A stretch of DNA of 64,000 bases from Octopus vulgaris. Lineage: Eukaryota. Shown here piece after piece: positions 51,784 through 64,000 of this stretch. The stretch lies in contig OX597819.1 in the NCBI GenBank assembly GCA_951406725.2, positions 60,450,001 to 60,514,000 on the forward strand, in the 5' to 3' direction. The translations under genes and the position numbers were made by a program. Under the pieces are notes generated by a model that saw nothing but the letters and a program-made list of their open reading frames with translations, searched no databases and had not been told where the DNA came from. How positions within the stretch are numbered: position 1 is the first letter of the stretch; the number at the start of each line of letters is the position of its first letter.

Positions 51784-53153
51784 GTAAGTATATGTTAATT
51801 ATTTATAACTCATACAGCTTATCTCAATAGTAGCATTGGTTGCAACTGTGATCTATATAAACCGGAGCCGTGGAAGCATAATGTGTATGCGTGCTATGGA
51901 CACTGTTGGATCTCTCACCCAGTGCCCCTGTCAAGTCTACAACTGTTGCTTTTTCAAACTTATCTATACAGAAGCCTAGAAATAACTGAATAGACACAAA
52001 TGAAGAGTTCTAGAAGGGTTTGGTATGTTCAAGTATCACAAAGAATGAGGAATCTGTTTTATACCTTTGCCTGAGGGAAAGAAGTGCTATTGCTTTACCA
52101 TTTTTTTAAACTATTTAATTTGCTGGCTTGAGTCAGAGACAATACCACTTTCACTTTTTTCCTCCTTCTCAGATGAAGAACAAAGGTTGGAAATGTTAGA
52201 TTATTTGCTTTTCACAGTAGTTCAATTTCTCGAACTCTATGGTTTAATTGTTTGACACAAGCCATCACCAGTGTCTTCAGATGCTGAATTTTTCTACACT
52301 TACCACCTGTTTGAATTCATATAGATTCATAGCTGAGAGGATTATTGAGAATGCAAAATGATAAGCACTGTTGCAGGGTTGTATTTGAGAAGTTGCTGTT
52401 GACATGACTTCAGGATCATCATCATTTAATGTCCTTGTTCCAGCCTGGTATGGGTTGGACAGTTTGACAAGATCTGACAAGCAAGGACTGCATCATGCTC
52501 CATTGTCTACTTTGGCATGGTTTTTACAGCTGGATACCTTTCCTTTTACCATCTCCTTGATAGTGTACTAAGTGCTTTTCTCATGCCACTGCACCAGTGA
52601 GGTTGCCATACAATAAAAATAGTGATGGTGAAGTGTCAAAATGAGGCCTATCATAAATTTCTCTCTTCTGAGGCTTGTGAGTAGCTAGAAATTTATTTTA
52701 GGAAAATGGACTTAAAGACTTGCAAGATTATGAACCCTGTTGGGGCAGCTTAATGCTATGAGATGAAGAGTAAAAGTATCAGAGAAGGGGCCAGAACAAA
52801 GCAGGTCTCTAGCTGTAAGGGAGCTACATAACTATTCACATTTTAGAGAAAAGGATGAAAGTGATTGGATGGAGCTGGAAAGCAATAAAAATAGTAATGG
52901 TGAGGTGTCAAGATGAGGCCTAACATAAATTTGTCTCTTCTGAGGTTTGTGGGCAGCTAGAAATTTGTTTTAAGAAAATGGACTTTTGTTCCATTGGCTT
53001 CTATTTTTGCCAGCTTTCTTTAATTGTAACACTATCTACAGTGCATTTCCTATTATGAGTCTATCAAGATAAATTAGGAAATCCTGTTTTCTTTCATAAT
53101 TTTTAATAATGTTATTCTGTTATTTATTAAATCTCTGTTTTTGTATTTTCCAG

Positions 53154-53340
53154 CGACTCCAGAGACAATTGGAATTTCTTGAAGTACAAGAAGAATACAT
53201 TAAAGATGAACAAAAAAATCTTAAGAAAGAGTATTTGCATGCCCAAGAAGAAGTTAAACGTATTCAAAGTGTGCCCTTAGTGATTGGTCAGTTTTTAGAA
53301 GCTGTAGACCAAAATAATGGTATTGTTGGATCCACTACAG
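53154..53340 (+). CDS. PSMC4: PSMC4 exon 3 (coiled coil/OB)
   Basis: [21 protein letters not shown]...IVGSTTG; ccag / gtaata. Confidence 0.97.
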
Positions 53341-55028
53341 GTAATATCTTTGACTGTTAAAGAAAAAATTAATTGTTTATCATCTTTCATCATCATCATT
53401 TAGCATCTATTTTCCATGTTGGCATGGGTTAGATGGTTTGACTGAAACTGGTCAGCTGGATAGCTGCACCAGGTTCCAATCTGATTTGGCATGGTTTCTA
53501 CAGCTGGATCTCCTTCTTAACGCCAACCACTCTGAATGGTTGAATGGCTGCTTTTTACATAGCACCAGCATCAGCCACAAAGTTGGCTTGAGTTTTCTCA
53601 AGCACAGTATATCGCCATGGTCTTGATCATTTATCATTGCCTCTGTGGGGTCCAGCATTTAAAGGGTGCTTTTTACGTCCCACTGGCACAAGTGCTTGTT
53701 ACGTGGCACCAACATCAGTCATGACTACTGTTTCACTTGGCTTGATGGGTCTTCTCAAGCACGGCATATCGCCAAAGGTCTTGGTCACTTGTCCATCCAT
53801 GTAGTTCCAGGTTTAGTCCCACTGCACACCATGTTTGGTGTCTTCTGTTATATAACCTCAAGTTAATTGTTACCTTGTGATAGAAGCTGTGTGGTGCCCA
53901 TTGTATTTATACATTTGTTATGTATATCAATAAAGTATATGAGAACATTGAATATCTGGTATTTTGTAAATGAAGTTCCTTGTGATAGTCATTGCGCACC
54001 ATGTCATAGATACACTCTGGTTAATTAACATGAAACCAATTGTATTATTGTTTTCAAATTGTGTTATTAACGAAATAAGTGGTTATGTCCAACAGCTCAG
54101 TTTGTGAAGCCAACATGTATTAGAATGAACTTGAAATTCAAAGTTATTCCATTCTGTTTTCATTTATATCTAAAATATTATATATTAACTGTTATATCCT
54201 TAAAATGTTGGATATTTATATCACCCACTTTAGAATACTATATACTTAGCAAAACCAATAAAGACATGACTATCTCTGACTGCCTACTACGTAATTTGGT
54301 ACTTCACATACTTCACTTTGCTTACAGTGGCTAGGTTATTCCATTCATCACATAGGAGAGGTGTACCATTATTACTAATTCCCTACATCTCCCCTTTTAA
54401 GTTTTTCTCAGGAAGTGTCATTTTATTTAGCAATAATTTTTTTTATTCACCCCCACCTCACTTTTTTGATTTTTTTTTTAGTGCAATTTAATATTTTTTG
54501 CACTTGGCATCTATTTTCAAGAACTCTGTATATTTTCTTTTCCTTTCACTTGCATGCCTGGTTTCAATCACCTGCATTCTATCTGTTCCTCCAACTTCTT
54601 TGGTTCACTTTCCACGAATCTCTTTTTCAATTAGTTCCTCTGTCTCTTTGGTATATCTTTTCTACTTTTTACCCAATACATCACTTTACCTATCTATATA
54701 TTTAGTAATTATGCCATCTTCCCAACTCTGCTTTCTATTCTTGTATGCTCTCATATACACCTTTTCACTAACTTTAAAGAATCTTGCTATGTCTTTCCTG
54801 ACACTTTTCCTTTTCTTGCCAGGTAGCAATTTATCAAAGACTGATCTTACTTTCCTTGCAAACATCAGCTCTGCTAATTGCTGGTGTATTTGAATTTGGT
54901 ATTACATGATGCACTCTTAAAAATTGCTGTAGAGCTACCTCATCTACAGAGCATTTTGTTGGATTTCTGGCCATCACTTAACTCTGGGAATATTCTTAGA
55001 CTTCCTGCTTACTTGGAGAAGACAATAG

Positions 55029-55310
<282 letters not shown>

Positions 55311-55423
55311 TGAAAGAACAGCAGCAACTTGGTGTAAGTCGATACTGAATAGTTTACCAAACTTGATTTCAGTTCAAGAAACGTTTACTCTCTACATCTT
55401 TATAACGACTGTTATCCTTAAGA

Positions 55424-55683
55424 TCATCATCATCATCGTCGTCGTCGTTTAATGTCTGCTTGCCATGCTGGTATGGGTTGGACGGTTTGACTGAGGGGTG
55501 GCAAGCCAGAAGGCTGCACCAGGCTCCAATCCGATCTGACAATGTTTCTACACTTGGATGCCCTCCCTAACGCCAACCACTCCGAGAGTGTTGTGGGTGC
55601 TTTTTACATGCCACGAGCACGTGGGCCAGTCAGGCGGTATTGGCATCGGCCATGCTTGAATGGTGCTTTTTACGTGTCACCGG
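55424..55683 (-). mobile_element. Family C repeat
   Basis: Same consensus. Confidence 0.8.
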
Positions 55684-56640
55684 TCAATTATTTATGCAGA
55701 TCCCAGTGCTTAGTCTCGTTAACTACTTCGATCTCTTTTTGACAGTGTTTAATGTCCAAGTTAATGCTCCCCATACAAGGGAGTTACCTCCCTTGTACGG
55801 CGTAACTACCATATATTTACACACTTACATGCACATACCGAGAGAGACACACAGACACGGTAGATTTTGTGTAAATACCAGTAGCTTTTTTTACAACAGT
55901 ATACACAAACATACAAATACACATCTTCGACATTTTCCATCTTTCAAATTTCACTCACAAGGCTTGGTACCGCCCTGAAGGGTTTAAGTGAACAAATCAA
56001 CGTCTGCACTTATTTTTTTATAGTCTGGTTTTTATGTTGGTATCTTTGCTGAAATGCTAAGTTATGGAGACAAAAACAAAACAGTACCGATTGTCAAGTG
56101 CTGGGGGGGGGGGACATACATATGCATTTGTGTGTGTGCATATATATATATATATATAAGGAGGGGAGGTTAAAATCCAAAGTGTGTCCTCTTGAATTAT
56201 TTGATTCTCTATATGAAGATATCTTCTAATAGAAGATATCTTACATGTTTTCTACTTCATATACAATTTTATAACTCCTATTAGCAAATGAAACATATGT
56301 AATGGTAAATAAATAATACCAAAACTTTTTCCAATATCCTGATACTGTCTCACAGACTTTCACTGTTTGGCCCTTAATGTGTTGACAGGGTTGTAGCAAA
56401 ATTGTGTTCAGCTGTCCATTTCTAGGTGATGTTATTTGTTCTTGATGAAAATTTACTATGAGCAAATCTGATACTTTATTATATATATTTTTTTGTTTAT
56501 TGATAAATATTCTTTGTCAGAATTTGTAAATTTCATCATTTGTGATATAATTGCAATATAATGTTATCCTCATTTATGTGTGTGTGTTAGTCAAAGCTAC
56601 AGTTTTCTGGTGTAAATGTATAACTAATCTAATTCTATAA

Positions 56641-56859
<219 letters not shown>

Positions 56860-56873
56860 TAAGTATATTTTGA

Positions 56874-56914
<41 letters not shown>

Positions 56915-57540
56915 GTCTTTTAGCACTTTCATAAATGACAGCATGTTGGCAGGAAAGGTAAAATTGCAGTGTTTAGTTTAGTCCCTTTGATCTGATCCTG
57001 TTGGGCATCACACGATGTAATCAATAAAATTAATAGTAATAGTATACTGGAATCAGTTTAATTAATTTATACACTTTTCCCCATTAAAATGATCAAAATA
57101 AATCAATATTTAATAAGTGCGGAAATGGTTGTCATAAGAATTGTTTTTTTTTTTTTTCAACCACATGATTTTGGGTTCAATCCCACTTTGCATGGCACCT
57201 TGGGAAAGTGTGCTGAAGCTCCAGATTGACCATTACTTTACAAGTGAATTTGGTTGGCGCCATTACGTTCTGAGTTCAAATTTCACCGAGGTCCACTTTG
57301 CCTTTCATCCTTTTGGGGTCGATAAATTAAGTACCAGTTATGCACTGGGGGTCGATGTAATCGACTTAATCCCTTTGTCTGTCCTTGTTTGTCCCCTATG
57401 TTTAGCCCCTTGTGGACAATAAAGAAATAAGAAACTGCAGGAAGCCCATTGTGTATGCATGCACACATGTCTATCAGTTTGAATATTTACATGTTGTATG
57501 AGAAAGTCCTGTAGTACAAGTAATAATGGTACATTTATAG

Positions 57541-57912
<372 letters not shown>

Positions 57913-58804
57913 TGAACACACACACATACACACACACACAATCATAAATAAAAGAATAATTTCTTGTCCTAATGTATCAATATATTTAAAATTTGAATGA
58001 AAGAAAAGGCTTATAAAAAATACAGCAGTGAAGATCAAGACAAGCTATCATCCTCTTCTGCATCCATGTTTCTTTTAGACACCACTCCAACCTTTCCCCC
58101 TCAACCCATGTATAATGCAAGGTAGCCATGAATCTCGTCCACAACAGTAAACTTGTTTCTGCTCCTTCCATCATATTTTAACTTCTCAACTTCATTTAAT
58201 GCAACCACTCTATCTCATTTTCCTGCTGTGTTGAGAGGGCTCTTTAGCTTTACAAGTTACAAGGTGGCCTTGCTAGTGCTGATGCCATGAATGTCTGTAT
58301 AGGAAATATTCATTTAGTTTCAGTACTTGCAAGACCATTGACTTCCAGCATATTTGGGTCTTAAATTATGCAAATATATTCATCATTAATTCAGGCAGTA
58401 GGTAGATGTGATTTGGGCAGACTAATTATCCAGATAATAGTCTTATAAATACGCTTTTTATTATTTCACCTCAAATCTGTCCTGCTTCAACTAATCTATG
58501 ATGAAAAACTTGGTCATGACCAATTTTTTTTTCCATACATATTGTATCTCAAACACCATACCCAGCATGTCCTTTCTTTTTAAAAAAAAATATGGTGTTA
58601 TTCTAGAGCAATTTGGCTGGTATTCTAGCTGGTTGAGTGACTGTATAGAGACTAGGGAGTACATAATTCTATGTTCAGGATGAATTTTCCAGAATTTAGA
58701 GAACTTGAGCTTTATAGAAGACTGCAAGTTGTTCAGACCCAAAATACCTTTCTACTTTCTAATTTGTTGTGAATAAGGACATGCCTTTTCCTAGTGATTA
58801 TTTT

Positions 58805-58954
58805 GGCTGTGTGGTAAGAAGCTTGTTTCACAATCACAAAGTCCTGGGTTCAGTTCCACTGTGTGGTACCTGGGCAAGTGTCTTCTACTCTAGCCTTGGG
58901 CCAACCAAAGCCTTGTGAGTGGTTTTAGTAGGCAGAAACTGAAAGAAACCTGTC

Positions 58955-58986
<32 letters not shown>

Positions 58987-59170
58987 TTATTTATTTGTAT
59001 CTTTGTTTCTCTCCCTGCCATCACTTGACAAACGATGTTGATGTGTTTACATCCCCATAACTTAGAATAAGTACTAGGCTTACAAAGAATAAGTCTTTGG
59101 GGAAATCTCTTCAACTGAAGGTGGTGCTCCAGCATGGCTGCAATCAAATGACTGAAATGTGTAAAAGAGT
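58805..59170 (+). mobile_element. SINE family A copy
   Basis: ggctgtgtggtaagaagcttg...ccagcatggctgcaatcaaatgactgaaa. Confidence 0.8.
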
Positions 59171-59548
59171 AATATATGTATATACCTTCATCATCATCGT
59201 TTAACATCCACTTTCCATGTTAAAAATATCCCACACAGGTTGAATGAAAAAGAAAAAAATAACAATAAAAAGAAAATGTGTTGTTCCTTTTACATTGCAG
59301 TTAATTAATTCCAAAGTATATTATTACCATCAAATCATTGCAAAATGCAATTGTGTGTGTGTAATTTGAAATAAAAATATTTCAAAGGATTACTAAATAT
59401 TAGTTTATGGCAAAAATTGTAATAATTTCATTATTATCAATATAGTAATTAAAAAATATGATTGCCTAAATATAAGTAAATAATTCCTAATTATATATTT
59501 TAAAATACTATTTTTTTTTTTAATAATTTCTTAACAACAATAATATAG

Positions 59549-59725
<177 letters not shown>

Positions 59726-60652
59726 TAATTAGATTGTTTGTGATAATGTTTTATTTTAGATACAGATTGTTGTTAAATTTGTAGTTATGCTCAGAGAAAA
59801 CAGATTTGTGACACGTGAAGAATTCTCTCTGGAACAGTAGCCACTTTAAATTCAAATATCTATGCGTGTGTTTAAAAACGTCAAATATACATGGAGGGAC
59901 TGTTAGGAGACATATATTTAACAACAAAGTATGTATTTTATACGAATGAGCAATTATTCATCATCCTCATCCATCCATGTTCCATGCAGGCAAGGGTATA
60001 TTATATACACACATTTATAGACAATAGACACATAGTAAAACAACATTTTGCTTTCAGTTATAACTGTTCTAGAAATTATATCTAATTTGTATATTACTTT
60101 CATCTGTACTCTGTTCCTTAAGCTAACTGCTGTCCCTCCCCAAACTCTTTTCCTATCTATGTGAATTTATTCCAACATATGCAAAAATGTGACAATGTCT
60201 CCCATACTGCCGCTAGGCAGTCATCGTGATTCTTGTAATTTACCTTGATTTTATTTCTAACATCTAAAAGATGATGGACACCTTGCTAAACAACTACCTT
60301 CTTAAGATTGTTTTCTGGGCTATCATCATTAGACTTTCTGAAGAACCAGCTTTACCAAAAGTCTACTTTCTTATATCACATACCGATGGTTTCTTGAAAA
60401 CATTGTTCTTGCTTCGAACAAGTCTTCAGCTGTTTCTTTTATAAGAATCTCCTGACTAAATCACCTGCCTGTGTCCTCCATCTGGATCTTTATTTTAATC
60501 CCATTTGGGAGGTTAGAATGTTCTAGATAAAGCAGTCTTCATTTTTAGCTACTGCTTCCATTAAGATATGTTGAAATAATCGTTTGAAGAAAATTCTTTC
60601 ACAAACAGTATTTAATTGTAGACTTAATAAAATGTTTTCTTTTTTTAATTAG

Positions 60653-60937
<285 letters not shown>

Positions 60938-60988
60938 TAATAAATCCTCTCATAACACACTATGTAACTTATAATTAGCATATTAGCC

Positions 60989-61350
60989 ATAGGCACGGGG
61001 GTGGCTGTGCTTACCAACTACATGGTTCCAGGTTCAGTCCCACTGCGTGGCACCTTGGGCAAGTGTCTTCTACTATAGCCTCGGGCCAACCAAAGCCTTG
61101 TGAGTGGATTTGGTAGGCGGAAACTGAAAGAAGCCCGTCGTATATATGTATATGTATAAATATGTGTCTGTGTTTGTTCTCCCCCCCCCCCACATCGCTT
61201 GACAACCGATGCTGACATGTTTATGTCCTCGTAACTTTGTGGTTCAGCAAAAGAGACCAATAGAATAAGTACTAGGCTTACAAAGAATAAGTCCTGGGGT
61301 TGATGCTCCAGCATGGCCATGGTCAAATGAGTGAAACAAGTAAAAGAGTA
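60989..61350 (+). mobile_element. SINE family A copy
   Basis: ataggcacgggggtggctgtg...gaaacaagtaaaaga. Confidence 0.85.
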
Positions 61351-62227
61351 TTATATGTTGTCTAACATTGTGTTAACATATTTCATGTAGGGAGCATTAA
61401 GAGCCTAGTTAGAAACAACTATGCTCTAAAAAAAGGACATATTATCAAGTAACATGTTAGACAACTCCTGACGTATTTTGGTCTAGTTGGACCTCCTCAG
61501 TCAAGCATAGGCTTTACCTGTCTGCCAAAGTAGTGACGAGGGACTCAACAAGTAGATGCACAATATTATCCAAGAGTGGGTGTGTAAAATCAGCATACTG
61601 TAAAAGTACTCCTCTGAGGTTAACCACTCACAATTACACAGCTATTTGTAATTAGATAATCAATATTTGTTTCATTAAACCTGTTAGAACTAATTTAACT
61701 GTTGTTTTTCATACAAAAGGCATCTCCGAGTCCTTTAGTGATGGCAGGGGTTTACATCTGTAAATTAGTATTTCTGTGAGAGTAACTTGAAATTTTTGTT
61801 AAAATTTATATTTGTTGCAAACACCACTGAATGTTTCCATGTAGTGTATTCACAAGTCAGTCTGAAAGAATCCATTCCTCTTTGAGTTATACCTATGAGA
61901 AGACTGAAGTGTAGCATAACTGACTAATGAAACACTTGTCCATAATACAGTGCTCCAGCTGCTTACAGCAGCAGCCCTGAGCTGTGTTTTTCTGTGGTAC
62001 TTATGTATAACTAATTAGACTAGACTGTTGATATTATTATTCGTTTGGCCAGAATGCAGTGATCGTAAGTACCAGTATTCAAATGAATTAGACTAAATAT
62101 TAGGGGTTTTATAAACTGTGGTTCATTTGTCAGTCTACCCTGTGTGCTAAGAGTCTCTTTCCCTATTAAACTTACAAATGTTTTATCTTTATATTCCGTT
62201 TATAATTGAAATGATTATATTTTTTAG

Positions 62228-62341
62228 GCTGGAATGCAAGCTGTCCGTGAAAATCGCTATGTTGTGCTTGCCAAGGACTTTGAAAAAGGCTATAAAAATA
62301 ATGTCAAGAAAGATGAGACTGAACATGAATTTTACAAATAA
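62228..62341 (+). CDS. PSMC4: PSMC4 exon 9 to stop (C-terminal HbYX motif, ..EFYK)
   Basis: tttag acceptor; [20 protein letters not shown]...HEFYK*. Assembled CDS is 1257 nt = 418 aa. Confidence 0.96.
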   Translation, partial: AGMQAVRENRYVVLAKDFEKGYKNNVKKDETEHEFYK

Positions 62342-62373
62342 ATACCTCTTTTATAATGGATAATTTTCTTTTT

Positions 62374-62379
62374 AATAAA
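62374..62379 (+). terminator. Putative PSMC4 polyadenylation signal
   Basis: AATAAA about 33 nt after the stop, followed by T/GT-rich sequence (62392-62445). Confidence 0.55.
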
Positions 62380-63706
62380 TGTTTACCATCTTTTTTCTAT
62401 TTTTGTGTTATTTTGTCACAAACATTTTTTTTTTTTTTTTTTTTAGTTTGGCCCTTTTGAAGTTATTTCTACCTTAGAGATTTTCTGATAAACAAAGTTA
62501 TTTCTTTAAAATTTATTAAGCTTCCACTGTACAAAGAATTTGATAGCATGGCTATGTGGTTAAGAATTGCTTCCTAATCTCATGGTTTTGAGTTCAATTC
62601 CATTGTGTGGTGCCTTGGGCATGTGTCTTCTACTATAGCTCCATGCTTGACCAAACCCTTGTGAGTGGATTTGGTAGACAAAAACTAAAAGATCTTTTGT
62701 TTGTGTGTGTATGTGAGACCTTGTCTTGGCATTGTGTGATAGCTGTAAGCTTCAATGTCATACAAGTTGTGTCATTTACTTGCAGTGTTCTGTGCAAACA
62801 TGATTAGCTAAGGGGAATGTAACAGGTGAGGGTTAGCAACAGGAAGGGCATTGATTGTCATGAATATGGATTTTGTTCAATCAATTTTCTCTACATTGAA
62901 TATAATAAACATGAATATTAGCTAAATAAGAACCAAGAAAGAAAATACCTGGTGTACCTAGAGCTTATTTCTGATAGACTCATTTTCCTATTTTCTGTTT
63001 ATATCCTGTTTGTTAAATGTCTCTGTTTACAATTATATAGAAATACATGTTTTTATTATATCATTGTGTGAGTTATACAGCCCCTAGGTCAGCTCCAGTT
63101 GAGTTGATCATCGGCATACCTGCAATGCTCATACTGTCTTATTTCTAAGATTTATCTAGGGTAAAGGGTAAAGACCCCCTTCAGTCATGAATAGCTATGG
63201 GATTGCACCTAGAAAGTTCCCCTCCAAAGCACAAGTCTGGGCAAGGTTGTTTATAGAGGGCCAGCAGTCACCCTTGCCTACAAACCTCCCCTCTCCATGC
63301 TACCAATTTTATCCAAGGGCCAACACAGCTTGGCACCAATGACATCACAACTCATTTCTACAGCTGAGTGAACTGGCACAACGTGAAATAAAGTGTCTTG
63401 CTCTAGAACACAACAAACAGCCTGGTCCAGGAATTGAACTCAATACCTCATGATTGTGAGCCCAATGCTCTAACCACTGAACCATGCACCTCCATGACGA
63501 TTTATCTAGAACTACATTATCCAATGTGACCATCTTTGATGAAACTAGGAGGACATTATTTGAAGAAGAGCAGTCTCCTATTTCTAGTAGATCGAACAAC
63601 CACTTAGAGATTTCCCTCAGTACCCTAGTTTGCAAGTCAGACTGGAAATGCTGTCATGCTTTGCAGACTAAATCATCATTATGATATCCACTTTTCCATG
63701 CTTCAG

Positions 63707-64000
63707 CATCATCATCATCATCGTCTAACGTCCGTTCTCCATGCTAGCATGGGTTGGACGGTTCGATCGGGTATCTGGGAAGCCAGAAGGCTGCACCAGG
63801 CTCCAGTCTTATCTGGCAGTGCTTCTACAGCTGGATGCCCTTCCTAACGCCAACCACTCCGTGAGTGTAGTGGGTGCTTTTTACGTGCCACCTGCACAGG
63901 TGCCAGGCGAGGCTGGCAACGGCCACGGTCGGATTGGTGCATTTTACGTGCCACCGGCACGGAAGCCAGTCGAGGCGGCACTGGCATCGGCCACGATTCA
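63707..64000 (-). mobile_element. Family C repeat, young-looking (CpGs intact), truncated by window end
   Basis: catcatcatcgtctaacgtccgttctccatgctagcatgggttggacgg... Confidence 0.8.

Noticed and set aside
54415-54893. Hydrophobic ORFs in PSMC4 intron 3
   Set aside because: T-rich compositional artefact; no splice-compatible exon and the PSMC4 CDS is complete without it.

Overview
AT-rich, repeat-dense eukaryotic genomic DNA. The SINE/LINE families suggest an octopod cephalopod (inference). I assembled three spliced genes by hand, each with GT-AG introns and consistent phases. (1) The first 12 coding exons of symplekin (SYMPK) lie on the - strand, with ATG at 18319; the gene runs off the left edge. 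(2) A complete CLHC1-like gene (clathrin heavy chain linker domain-containing) lies on the - strand: 8 coding exons, 43319->24713, 614 aa. (3) A complete PSMC4/Rpt3 proteasome AAA-ATPase lies on the + strand: 9 exons, 48129->62341, 418 aa. It is divergent from CLHC1 across a quasi-palindromic ETS-CRE promoter. Introns hold tRNA-derived SINEs, RTE/CR1/HERO-like LINE fragments, Tc1/mariner and piggyBac-like MITEs, Helitron/HINE elements, GG..CC foldback elements with 8-bp TSDs and a tRNA-Glu pseudogene. The most notable observation is an apparently intact type I hammerhead ribozyme (39247-39345). It sits in a non-coding 473-nt repeat unit with a partial tandem copy and an inverted copy (retrozyme/Penelope-like), in the sense orientation of a CLHC1 intron.
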